A stretch of 64,000 nucleotides of DNA from contig OZ245842.1 in the NCBI GenBank assembly GCA_965228895.1, forward strand, positions 2,592,001 to 2,656,000. Reading direction: 5' to 3'. The notes under the pieces are model-generated. The model was not told where the DNA came from. It saw only the letters and a list, made by a program, of their open reading frames with translations, and searched no databases. Source of the stretch: Alphaproteobacteria bacterium (GTDB lineage Bacteria > Pseudomonadota > Alphaproteobacteria > SP197). Positions 1 through 8,350 of this stretch are shown here, piece after piece; position 1 is the stretch's first letter, and every line of letters starts with the position of its first letter. The position numbers and the translations under genes are program-made.

Positions 1-392
1 ATGGCATTGAGTCCTGATGTTCCGTGGCCCGGCCACGGCCAGACGTGCTGAACGTGAGACTGATAGCCGCACGAATGCGTCATCAACCGGCTGTCGTAAC
101 CTTTGTATCGAAAACTTCTTGCCGTCACCCATGTCGGGATCTGATCGCCGTGCATGGAGAACCAATGTCTGATTTCACACGGCAGGTGCATACCGATGTC
201 ATTAACAACAAGAACATCGGCGTTGTAGATGTTGACGTTTTCAAGATCGTCCCAGACACACCTGCCGGACGCGATAACGATGCACTCACCGGAAAACGCC
301 CCCGCCACCTCCGGTAAATCCTTGTTCGCCTTGAACCCCTCGTCCCTCAACCACTTGCTGTTGAGGATGTCAGCGGTAGGCGAAGCCGCCAT
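1..392 (-). CDS. Partial phage protein, Maf/DUF115-like (sialyltransferase-like fold); runs off window
   Basis: Own translation (not in ORF track): MAASPTADILNSKW...CIVIASGRCVWDDLE...VLVVNDIGMH...WPGHGTSGLNA; family call from motif resemblance. Confidence 0.55.
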   Translation of the reverse strand, partial: MAASPTADILNSKWLRDEGFKANKDLPEVAGAFSGECIVIASGRCVWDDLENVNIYNADVLVVNDIGMHLPCEIRHWFSMHGDQIPTWVTARSFRYKGYDSRLMTHSCGYQSHVQHVWPWPGHGTSGLNA

Positions 393-1005
393 GGTGCGTA
401 AGCTTTATTGAGGGGTCGGCCAAAACCTTGAACCCACAAGCGCGGGCGTCTTTACAAAACGCGTAATCTTCCGAGAGATAAACGTCGTCATCGACGCGAG
501 GGTTGAACCACGCATACGAGCGTCTGTTCTTTTCTCCGGGCACACCTTCCCAGTGTTCCAATTCAGGTTTGGCGGCGCGCATATCTACCAGAACCCCTCT
601 GTCAATCATCATGAAGCCGGTTCCGGCGTAATCGACTTCAGTCACTCCGTCGAGCCCCGACGCCTCCACCATCTTTCCCCCGACCCACGCACATGTCGGT
701 GAGTCCGGGCGCTTCATCGGATAGAGCCCAACCGCGATGTCCGTATCCATGTTCCAAAGGGTCGCCACGTCTTCCGTTCGAAACTCAATGTCCGAGTCGA
801 TGAACATCAGCTTTTGAAACTCTGTCTCCAAGAACGTCGTGGCGATGTTGTTGCGTGCCCTTTGAATGAGCGACTCGTTCCACACCAGCAAAACATCGTG
901 GGCGATGTTCCCCACAGTTAAGTCTGCTCTGAGCTCCATCATCGAGCGGGCGTATGGTGAATCAGCCTTGCCCCCGTAACACGGCGTGGCGAAAAGCACG
1001 CTCAC
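370..1005 (-). CDS. Phage GT-A fold glycosyltransferase-like protein
   Basis: ATPCYGG, SLIQRARN, FIDSDIEF (DxD), GTGFMMIDR, LSEDYAFC motifs. Confidence 0.8.
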   Translation of the reverse strand: MSVLFATPCYGGKADSPYARSMMELRADLTVGNIAHDVLLVWNESLIQRARNNIATTFLETEFQKLMFIDSDIEFRTEDVATLWNMDTDIAVGLYPMKRPDSPTCAWVGGKMVEASGLDGVTEVDYAGTGFMMIDRGVLVDMRAAKPELEHWEGVPGEKNRRSYAWFNPRVDDDVYLSEDYAFCKDARACGFKVLADPSIKLTHHGGFAYR

Positions 1006-1121
1006 CGGAAGCCCATCAGGCGTCCGACATTCACAAGCAGCCCCCTCCTTGGGGTATCTTCGTCAGCGGGTGCGTCGGCTGGGCTTCCGCCCATGCCTAG
1101 GTTTGTTATCCAAAGCAGCAT
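1002..1121 (-). CDS. Small phage protein (39 aa)
   Basis: MLLWITNLGMGGSPADAPADEDTPRRGLLVNVGRLMGFR; fills the gap exactly with TAATG and GTGA overlaps. Confidence 0.6.
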   Translation of the reverse strand: MLLWITNLGMGGSPADAPADEDTPRRGLLVNVGRLMGFR

Positions 1122-1855
1122 TAGCCAACCCCCAACAGCGCCAGGCGCGGTATGAAAACAACGCCGCTAATACCCAACCGGCTGTTCACGTCGTCTGTCT
1201 CAATGCCTGCCGCAACGCCAAAGGTGATGAAGCTCGATAGGTCCTGGCTGGTTTTGATTGTCGATGTGAACTGCCCGGACCTCAGCAATGCCTTGGGGCC
1301 GGTGGATAGCGTATGGTATGTGTCAGAGCCGTCCCACGACATGGCGCGCGGGTTTGTGCCGGCGGCGATGCTGTCCTTCAGCGTCGAAGTAAACTGGCCG
1401 GAGGTCAGGTAAACCTTATCATCACCGCGCCCCGTCCACGGCGAGTTAGTGCCGTCGTATGTAATGCCCTCCAAGGCGTTATCGATCGTGCCAACGCTCT
1501 CGCTGGTTTTGATTGTCGATGTGAACTGCCCGCTCGTCACATAGAGTTTGTCGTCGCCCGAACCGCACCAAGGGGTGTTCGTTCCATCCCAAGATATGCC
1601 GGCCGGGGCGGTATCGATCGACCCGACAGACTCACTGGTTTTTATGGTTGAGGTGAACTTGTCGCTGGTCAGGTACAGCTTGTCGTCTGTGGTGCCGCAC
1701 CAAGGCGTATCGGTCCCGTCCCAGGCAATACCAAACGCCGACGCCTCTATGGCAGAAACGTCTTCGCTGTCCCGAAGCGTCGTGGTGAAGACACCGCTGG
1801 CCAAAAACAGCTTATCAACGCCCGGCGCGGCATAGAGAATTTCAGTTGTGGCCAT
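1121..1855 (-). CDS. Repeat protein, ~5 x 44-aa units, probable beta-propeller; probable virion accessory protein
   Basis: Repeated GIxWDGTxTPWCGxxDDKLYxTSGQFTSTIKTS; C-terminal PRLALLGVG. Confidence 0.75.
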   Translation of the reverse strand: MATTEILYAAPGVDKLFLASGVFTTTLRDSEDVSAIEASAFGIAWDGTDTPWCGTTDDKLYLTSDKFTSTIKTSESVGSIDTAPAGISWDGTNTPWCGSGDDKLYVTSGQFTSTIKTSESVGTIDNALEGITYDGTNSPWTGRGDDKVYLTSGQFTSTLKDSIAAGTNPRAMSWDGSDTYHTLSTGPKALLRSGQFTSTIKTSQDLSSFITFGVAAGIETDDVNSRLGISGVVFIPRLALLGVG

Positions 1856-2474
1856 TCATAGCACCAAACGCCCGAGCTACTTCTGTCAGCTCGATCTCGT
1901 TAAAGTGGAGGCATGGATAATTGTAGTGCATCCATATCTCGAACCCCCTTGCCCTTGCTCGCTCGCAAAAAGCAATGTCGTTGCCCTTATCCACGGTCCC
2001 GTCCTCGTTGTGGGTTCGCTGGAACGGGGCCTTTCGCATCTCAGGATCTTCGAAGACACGCCGCGCGACCATAAAACAGCCGGTTCCAACAGCATCCACA
2101 CGCTGTAGCCCCCCACCTGGTGGGTGTTCCTTGTAGGCTTTGCCGGAAGAGTCATAGCCGTTGTAATAATACGGACGATCACCAGGCTTGGCGTTGTGCC
2201 AAACCGGCGTCGGGCAGCCGATCACGTCCTTGTCGTAGAGAACCAGATCGAGCGGGTTGCCTATGGGCGGGTTATCGGAGTCAAACGACAGCCAGTAATC
2301 TTCGTTCCCGGACATGAAGTCATTGACGATGTGATGCAGATTGTTCTCGAACGGCGTATGCGTCGGCAGGAGTATCCTCAGTTGGAATCGCCTATCCTGC
2401 TGTATCCTCAAAAGCGCAAAAGCGCAGTGTTTGTGTATCCACCCCGTTGTCGGGACGGTGACAAGGACCCTCAA
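1842..2474 (-). CDS. Second GT-A fold glycosyltransferase-like protein (probable TTG start 2474; ORF open to 2522)
   Basis: VLVTVPTTG, SFDSDNPP (DxD), VDAVGTGCFMVARRVFE, GNDIAFCER. Confidence 0.75.
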   Translation of the reverse strand: MRVLVTVPTTGWIHKHCAFALLRIQQDRRFQLRILLPTHTPFENNLHHIVNDFMSGNEDYWLSFDSDNPPIGNPLDLVLYDKDVIGCPTPVWHNAKPGDRPYYYNGYDSSGKAYKEHPPGGGLQRVDAVGTGCFMVARRVFEDPEMRKAPFQRTHNEDGTVDKGNDIAFCERARARGFEIWMHYNYPCLHFNEIELTEVARAFGAMNGHN

Positions 2475-2995
2475 CGTGTTTGCTTGATCGTCACGCCCAT
2501 GGCGGCCTTCCGGGCGGCCCACGTCTTTCCTGTGTTTCTTCGCCTACCGGGCGTCGGATCGTCCGGGTCCAGTGCCTTGTCGATCTCGGCCTGGGGTATC
2601 GTTTCACCCAACGCACGCCGGTTCGTCAGATTCTGGATGGCGTCCAGATCCTCATTGACCTCCGGCTCGTGAGCGTGGGCACGGTTGTCGTGAAAGTCCG
2701 CAAACTCAGTCTCTGGGATGATGGAACAAACAGAGGGAAACGCGGCCACGGCCTGATTGGCGAAATCCTCATCCACCAAAAGACAGCCCCATTGCGTGCC
2801 TCTTGGGGAGCCCGCCTCCTCTACGTCGTGGCCCGCCACCTTGTCATAGTGCCAGCCTCCCCCAACCATATCGACGTAGTGGGACCAGTCCTGGCTGGAT
2901 ACCTTGACGACCGCAAGGGCGTTGAAGTCGGGATATTCAGCGCGCTTGTTGGCGCGTTGGCCGATCCTGACCTTCAGGGCAACAAGATCCATCAC
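2471..2995 (-). CDS. Hypothetical phage protein
   Basis: 174-aa ORF overlapping both neighbours by 4 nt. Confidence 0.65.
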   Translation of the reverse strand: MMDLVALKVRIGQRANKRAEYPDFNALAVVKVSSQDWSHYVDMVGGGWHYDKVAGHDVEEAGSPRGTQWGCLLVDEDFANQAVAAFPSVCSIIPETEFADFHDNRAHAHEPEVNEDLDAIQNLTNRRALGETIPQAEIDKALDPDDPTPGRRRNTGKTWAARKAAMGVTIKQTR

Positions 2996-4602
2996 GTATA
3001 CCCCGCGTTGACAAAGACTCCATTCGTTCCCGGGTCGCCCGTCGAGCCATCAATCGTTGTGGTGACAACCAGCGTGATGGCCGTCGCAAAATCCTGCCCG
3101 TTCGGACCAAGGGGAAGGTTGAAGCCAGCGCCGTTTGTGCTGCCAGCCGTCGGGATTGGGAATGTGAAATCCGGTGTGGTCGTGCCCGGCGTAACGCTTG
3201 CCGTTGTCGCATCGTAAAGATGCAGATAGGCAACGGCAGCCGTCATATTCATGACGTGCAGCCAATCCAGACGCCCGGCGCTGGCCTTTATGGCCGCTTC
3301 TGCATTGGCGTCAACATTGCGGTACATCGACGCGGCGGGTGTTGTCTGCGTGTCGATATTGTCCAGAACCGCATTGTCCGTCGCACCCAAGTTGACTGTG
3401 CCGATGGTGTTTGAACCAGTAGGCAGCGCCGATGCAATATCAACATCACCGATGTTGTTTGTCCCGGCAGGCAGCGCGGACAGGGCCACAGCCTCACTGT
3501 CGAGCGTTACCTTGAGGTCGCCCACCGAGTTTGTCTGAAGGTTATGCCGGTCGGTGCCATCGTCGGCCTGCAACAGAACGCCGGAACTAAGGACAGCCGC
3601 GCCCTCTGCCGCGTAGGCGTCGGCGATAAGAGACAGAGTGTTGTTCGTGGCCGCGCCGCTCGGTAAGGCGGACGTAACGACATCCACTTGCATCTCCGAA
3701 CCGGACACGGCCCCGGCAAGGGTGCCAAGGTTCGTGTCCATGCTGGCCGTATCAGCAAGGATGGCGTCCGAATTGAAGTCCTGCACCCACAAAGCACCCT
3801 CTGCGGTGCCCCTCAACCCGATCCAGTCGCCCTCAACCGGCGTGACTGTGGTTAGAGCGTCGTCACGCTCAATAAGCGTGGCCGTGCCGGAGATCGTCGC
3901 TGGGGTCGCAGCGTCTTCGCTGTATTCCGTCCCCGAACCGCCACCGGAGAGAACATCAACCTGCAGATGACCATCCGTATCGACAAGAACGTTGGTTCTG
4001 TCCGTCCCATCGTCCGCCTGCATAAGGACGCCGGAACCGAGAGCAGAGCCCTCTGTCGCAAAGCCCGCCGCGATTGTGTCGGAGTTCGTGTGTATGTCCG
4101 ACGTGTCGGCATCGATGGCCGTTAGAAGCGCCTCGATGCCATCAACATGCCCGATGATGGTTGATTGGTTGGCGGCGGTAGAAGCCCCAGAGGGCAAGGG
4201 AAGCGACGCGGCGGAAACCGGCTGGGTGACACCGGAACCATCGACTGTAACCGTATTTGTAACATCGACTTGGACATCGCCCGTGGTGGCATCGACGTTA
4301 ATGTTCTTTCTGTCGGTGCCGTCGTCGCCTTGGAGAAGAACACCGGAGCCTAGAGCGGCACCTTCCGCAGCATAACCTGCTGCAATGGCGTCTAGGACGG
4401 CGTTGTCGGTCGCGCCAAGGTCCACAACGAAGGCGTTGGCGGAATCGTTCTGAACAGGAAGGCCGTTGGCGGATGTAACGCGGGTCTGGGTGTTATCCGC
4501 ACCGTATGCGGCCTTTATGTACTGCCAGTGCGCCGTGCCGTCGTCGTCGGTCTTAACCGTTGCCCCGCCCGTGCCGGGGTCGAGGACTACATTGTCAGCC
4601 AT
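2992..4602 (-). CDS. Ala/Thr/Asp/Gly-rich repeat protein, probable fibre or decoration protein
   Basis: Three copies of A(A/T)EGxA..SGVL(L/M)QxDDGTDRxN..(D/G)(V/L)xV and two of LGATDNAVLD; low complexity. Confidence 0.7.
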   Translation of the reverse strand: MADNVVLDPGTGGATVKTDDDGTAHWQYIKAAYGADNTQTRVTSANGLPVQNDSANAFVVDLGATDNAVLDAIAAGYAAEGAALGSGVLLQGDDGTDRKNINVDATTGDVQVDVTNTVTVDGSGVTQPVSAASLPLPSGASTAANQSTIIGHVDGIEALLTAIDADTSDIHTNSDTIAAGFATEGSALGSGVLMQADDGTDRTNVLVDTDGHLQVDVLSGGGSGTEYSEDAATPATISGTATLIERDDALTTVTPVEGDWIGLRGTAEGALWVQDFNSDAILADTASMDTNLGTLAGAVSGSEMQVDVVTSALPSGAATNNTLSLIADAYAAEGAAVLSSGVLLQADDGTDRHNLQTNSVGDLKVTLDSEAVALSALPAGTNNIGDVDIASALPTGSNTIGTVNLGATDNAVLDNIDTQTTPAASMYRNVDANAEAAIKASAGRLDWLHVMNMTAAVAYLHLYDATTASVTPGTTTPDFTFPIPTAGSTNGAGFNLPLGPNGQDFATAITLVVTTTIDGSTGDPGTNGVFVNAGYT

Positions 4603-5074
4603 CGAACAACCTCAGAACGGCCATCAGTTCTTCCCTGTTTTTCTGGAATTTGGCCTTTTCCTCATGAAATTCGGCCCTAGCGACGTCAAGCCGCGCTGCG
4701 CGGTCGTCCATGTCGTTGGATTTTCTCGTATGCTCCTCAATGGCCGCCTCAAGTTCGGCCCCCCGCTTCCCAAGGTTGTCTTCACGCTGTTTTAGGGCGC
4801 ACTCCCTTTCTGTCAGGGCCGTTTTTTCGTCTTCAAGGGCTGACCTCGCGGCCTCAAGGGCCTGTTCCTGCCGTGCAAGTTCCCCGGCGCGGGCCTTCAG
4901 CATTCTTTCCATATCGAGCTGGGATGCGTCCCGGCTATCGAGCTCGTTCACGCGCCTTTCGAGCTTGGCAAGCGTCTTGTTGGCGCTCTCCTCTTGGGCG
5001 ATCAGGTGGTCCAGCCGCTTTTTCGTCTCGCCGGGATCGGTGGCGGCCTCCAAAATCTCGTAGGGAACATCCAT
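4595..5074 (-). CDS. Coiled-coil phage protein (probable start 5074)
   Basis: E/R/L/A-rich heptad pattern; start overlaps upstream stop. Confidence 0.65.
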   Translation of the reverse strand: MDVPYEILEAATDPGETKKRLDHLIAQEESANKTLAKLERRVNELDSRDASQLDMERMLKARAGELARQEQALEAARSALEDEKTALTERECALKQREDNLGKRGAELEAAIEEHTRKSNDMDDRAARLDVARAEFHEEKAKFQKNREELMAVLRLFDG

Positions 5075-5397
5075 CAGCTGCACTCGCTTACCGTACAAAA
5101 GCCGGAGGCTCCGCTGGCGATAACGGCGATTGAGTCTCCGGGCCAAATAGGGATGTACTCCACAGCCCCTGCGCCCAAAAACGGGTCGTTGGTCGTCGCC
5201 GTCGGCGCGTCCTCTATTTTGTAGTGAATATCGACGCTCGCCGAGACACGCAGGTGCGTTGTCGTCCTGGCGGGGGCTGTAGACAGCGGATTGGTTGTTC
5301 CGGTAACCGCCAGCCTCTCTGTCCTACCCGGTCTAAGGGCCGGTGTCGGATGGCCGCCGCTATCCCTCGAAATCCTCGTCAATAGTCCACTCTCCAA
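5074..5397 (-). CDS. Hypothetical phage protein
   Basis: 107-aa ORF in the late operon. Confidence 0.6.
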   Translation of the reverse strand: MESGLLTRISRDSGGHPTPALRPGRTERLAVTGTTNPLSTAPARTTTHLRVSASVDIHYKIEDAPTATTNDPFLGAGAVEYIPIWPGDSIAVIASGASGFCTVSECS

Positions 5398-5930
5398 GTC
5401 TCAGAGATATTCCGCGCCCGATTGAGCCAGGTGACTTCACCGGAAAACCACTCTCGGAAGAGCCTGTCCCATTCCTCATAGGGCCGGATGTTGATGTGCA
5501 GATCCCGGTTCAAGTGATACGAGGGCTGGTTGTTGGCCGTCAGAACCACATGCCGTTTGGCAACCCTGTCCAACTCTCTACAAGCGAGTTCATCGTCTCC
5601 TTGAGGAAGGTGCTCGATAACGTCGAACATCGTGATGACATCGTATGTACAGTCAGGAAACGGGAGCTCGTGACACAGCCCCTCGAACACGTCGCCCCCG
5701 GTTAGATAGTCAACCGCCTCCAAACCATGGGCCGGGTAGAACCCCAACTCCTTGGCTTGAACGATCATCTCACCCCGTCCGCACCCAACATCCAGATAGG
5801 ACATCGTGCGGCCGTTCAGGAGAGATCTAAGAACCTCGCAGGCGTGTTCGTGCCGACGCGGGCCCATTTTGTAGTTGTCTGAAAGGTACGCCTCTTCGTA
5901 CTTCACTATTTCTTCAGCGCGGGTTTCCAA
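5379..5930 (-). CDS. Class I SAM-dependent methyltransferase
   Basis: YLDVGCGRGE motif I; LPFPDCTYDVITMFDVIEHL. Confidence 0.85.
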   Translation of the reverse strand: METRAEEIVKYEEAYLSDNYKMGPRRHEHACEVLRSLLNGRTMSYLDVGCGRGEMIVQAKELGFYPAHGLEAVDYLTGGDVFEGLCHELPFPDCTYDVITMFDVIEHLPQGDDELACRELDRVAKRHVVLTANNQPSYHLNRDLHINIRPYEEWDRLFREWFSGEVTWLNRARNISETWRVDY

Positions 5931-6202
5931 TCTTCCCTCACACCAGATGCACGAGCATCGCCTATGTCAGTTTTCAGTATCTCCGCCACCGTCGATGGGA
6001 ACGCCCACATCGGCATTACCGAACCCGTGTCCCACGACGTGTATGCCTCACCGTCTGAACCGATACCGACAAGCGCGTAAGCTCTGATGTCACAGTCCTT
6101 CGTCATCTTGCGGGCAGCAGAGGCCATGCTGTCGGCCAATTCACGCTTGCGGCGCTTCTCGATGGTGTTCTTGTGAACGGAAAGCTCAACGCTCTTGGGC
6201 AC
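5906..6202 (-). CDS. Hypothetical phage protein
   Basis: 98-aa ORF overlapping neighbours. Confidence 0.6.
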   Translation of the reverse strand: MPKSVELSVHKNTIEKRRKRELADSMASAARKMTKDCDIRAYALVGIGSDGEAYTSWDTGSVMPMWAFPSTVAEILKTDIGDARASGVREDWKPALKK

Positions 6203-6410
6203 GCCGTCTCCTCATGTAGTCACGCATGTACGCGTTGTAGGCAGATCGATTCTTAGAGCGCCACCTGGCATTGCGGGTGTTAGGTGACGTTTGAACTTCG
6301 GCCGGGCTGTTAGGTGACGCGTTAGGTGACGCCACATCGGGCGCATTGGCGCACGGCCTACCGCACCAAGTGCGAGAACCGCAGACTGAACAACGTTCGT
6401 CTAGGCGCAT
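6186..6410 (-). CDS. Small Cys-rich/basic phage protein (probable start 6410)
   Basis: CSVCGSRTWCGRPC, SPN repeats, YNAYMRDYMRRRRA tail. Confidence 0.6.
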   Translation of the reverse strand: MRLDERCSVCGSRTWCGRPCANAPDVASPNASPNSPAEVQTSPNTRNARWRSKNRSAYNAYMRDYMRRRRAQER

Positions 6411-6513
6411 AGGGCCTTTCAAATTCGGCCGGGTGTATGAGAGGCGACTACGCCCGCGCCCGCAGGCCCAGGGGGGTGGCCCCGGCACCCTCCAGCAGCC
6501 AATAAGGCGCTGA

Positions 6514-6541
6514 AAGTCGCATAAGCTACATTATGGAAAAT
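6514..6541 (+). promoter_or_regulatory. dif-like XerC/XerD recombination site
   Basis: AAGTCGCATAA-GCTACA-TTATGGAAAAT: 11-6-11 layout; 7/11 and 9/11 identical to the E. coli dif arms (GGTGCGCATAA / TTATGTTAAAT). Confidence 0.75.
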
Positions 6542-6706
6542 GAATTACCGTGCTAGATCAATAGCCTAGCTATTCTGCATGACAAAGCCACACGTTTATG
6601 CCCGATCAGAGCCAGGCAGCCACACACCAGGCGTTGTAGCCATGCTGTAGAAGCATGTCGTCGTGTGCGCGTGTGTCGTTTGGAATGAGCAACAAACAAG
6701 GGCGAG

Positions 6707-6916
6707 TCACGCGGTATCTGCGTACCTGGCCCTGATCCTGTCTTCAATCATCGCACGAAGCGCTCTGTACCATTCACCAGCAAGCACAGCCATGTGTCTT
6801 TCACACAAGCACCAGCCCGCCTCGCGTAGCTTGGTGTCTATTGGTTCGCTGCATACCGTGCAGTTTGTTGCGAATGATGTACTAGCCATTAAGTGCTCTA
6901 GCTGTGCGCTCGTCAA
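6707..6916 (-). CDS. Small Zn-finger-like protein
   Basis: CTVC...CERH pattern. Confidence 0.45.
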   Translation of the reverse strand: MTSAQLEHLMASTSFATNCTVCSEPIDTKLREAGWCLCERHMAVLAGEWYRALRAMIEDRIRARYADTA

Positions 6917-6985
6917 TGAGCCTGGCCGCCTTGTCCAACTCGCGGATCATAGCCTTAGCGCGCTCAAGCATTCTCTCTACGTCAC

Positions 6986-7507
6986 TCAATGCCTCTGCAT
7001 CCTTGCTTCCAGCTGCTTGTACAGCGGGTGTGTTGTCCATGCCTCTCCGAAGAGCTCCTCGCCTTTGTGCAGGATGTCTGCAAGGCTCTCGCGTGGTGTC
7101 TCGTCCTTGATGCGATCGATCAGGTGCCCCTCAACCTTACCAATGATCTCATGGAACCCGCGTGCCGCCGTCCACTGCCCAGCCTTTAGTGCGCCCTCCT
7201 TAAGGGCCTCAGTCTCCGACACATACTGCTCCCTTGAGCGGATTACCTGGCCCGACACACCAGCCAATCTGAGCAGCGAAATCGCTAGGGCCACCTTAGG
7301 GCTGTGCTTTAGCCTCGCGGCCTCCACAGATACGCTCGCGTCACCCATGTTCTGAGCGTCATAGGCAAGCCTGTAAGCCTCGATATTCGCCTTGCCCTCC
7401 AAGAGAGCCGTCACAAACGCGACCTGCTTCTCGGTAAGCTCGGCAAGGACCGACAGATCCTCCTCTGTGATATCTGGGCTATGCGAGGGCTTGGCGTTCT
7501 GGGCCAC
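6986..7507 (-). CDS. terS: Terminase small subunit
   Basis: [15 protein letters not shown]...AYRLAY...[11 protein letters not shown], typical TerS N-terminal HTH. Confidence 0.75.
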   Translation of the reverse strand: MAQNAKPSHSPDITEEDLSVLAELTEKQVAFVTALLEGKANIEAYRLAYDAQNMGDASVSVEAARLKHSPKVALAISLLRLAGVSGQVIRSREQYVSETEALKEGALKAGQWTAARGFHEIIGKVEGHLIDRIKDETPRESLADILHKGEELFGEAWTTHPLYKQLEARMQRH

Positions 7508-8003
7508 TTAAACTCTCCAACATCTTCACCCTGTCTACTGCGTCAAAGTATCCCGACATACACCGAAACACGTCATCCTCAGCTCTCTGGAGCGTCAGCC
7601 GATCTACGGCATGAAGATGCGCGGGTGTGTAGTCAGCAACATTCACAGGATGAGCTATGAGTGTGATGTCACCAAAAATACCGTCGTAACGCTCCCAGCG
7701 AATCTTGCTGTCGCGCACAGCGCCCGGCTTGGCCGCCCACCTTCGCGCCCTAGCAGCATGGCGCTCAGCAATGGCGCTCATAAGAGCTAGCAAGGGCTCA
7801 GCAATAAGCCCGTCGCGCTTACGACGGTTACACAGCGAACAGGCCAAAACCATGTTGCTTATATCGTCCTTCCCACCTCTAGCCAAAGGCACGACATGAT
7901 CAAGGTCCGACGCACCTGGTGCGCCACAGTATTGGCAGTTGCCGCCATAAGTCGAGATCAGCGCCGCCCTTAAGTCTTTATTCAGCGTCTTACGTTGTGC
8001 CAT
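7479..8003 (-). CDS. HNH endonuclease
   Basis: CQYCG...[30 protein letters not shown]. Confidence 0.9.
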   Translation of the reverse strand: MAQRKTLNKDLRAALISTYGGNCQYCGAPGASDLDHVVPLARGGKDDISNMVLACSLCNRRKRDGLIAEPLLALMSAIAERHAARARRWAAKPGAVRDSKIRWERYDGIFGDITLIAHPVNVADYTPAHLHAVDRLTLQRAEDDVFRCMSGYFDAVDRVKMLESLSGPERQALA

Positions 8004-8051
8004 TTATCTTAAATAATTCGCCTAGTTAACCTTGAAAAGTTTACAGCCATC

Positions 8052-8070
8052 CCCATCTATAATGTATGGG
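8052..8070 (+). promoter_or_regulatory. Putative -10 box (TATAAT 8058-8063) inside a CCCAT-N9-ATGGG inverted repeat (candidate operator)
   Basis: Perfect TATAAT in an AT-rich stretch; nearest TTGAAA is 20 nt upstream, so -35 spacing is non-canonical. Confidence 0.5.
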
Positions 8071-8174
8071 CAACGGCATATAGCCAGCGCCAGCCGGGTT
8101 AGCCCCGGTGCCACGATCTGGGACGTGGCGAGCACCGAAATCCCGGTGACATTCCGTCATCGGGTAAGTCGGGA

Positions 8175-8314
8175 AGGGGGTGAGGCTCTATGCTGAAACT
8201 TCGTTTCCGGCTTAGGTGGCGGGGTAGGAAGATAACCTTGGTTATCAACCTAACCCTCACCTAGTCGGTAGGCGGCGGCGTCCAAATGGCTATCAGGGCC
8301 GGGCGTCGCCGCCA
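8175..8314 (-). ncRNA. Candidate antisense (antitoxin) RNA; 3' end uncertain
   Basis: Minus-strand promoter puts the TSS near 8314, at the base of a GC hairpin (8271-8313); transcript would cover the peptide ORF. Confidence 0.45.
8190..8264 (+). CDS. 24-aa basic/hydrophobic peptide, candidate type I toxin
   Basis: MLKLRFRLRWRGRKITLVINLTLT after a strong SD-like run GGGAAGGGGGTGAGG. Confidence 0.6.
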   Translation: MLKLRFRLRWRGRKITLVINLTLT

Positions 8315-8320
8315 CGGCTG

Positions 8321-8349
8321 AATGTAAGCTCTCTAACACTTGAGTTCAA
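8321..8349 (-). promoter_or_regulatory. Sigma70-type promoter for the antisense RNA
   Basis: TTGAAC-17 nt-TACATT on the minus strand. Confidence 0.6.
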
Positions 8350-8350
8350 C

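Noticed and set aside
8130-8170. Hammerhead ribozyme or 23S rRNA fragment (CGAAAT...TCGGGTAAGT)
   Set aside because: No CUGANGA core and stem III does not close correctly; the rRNA resemblance is two short words only.
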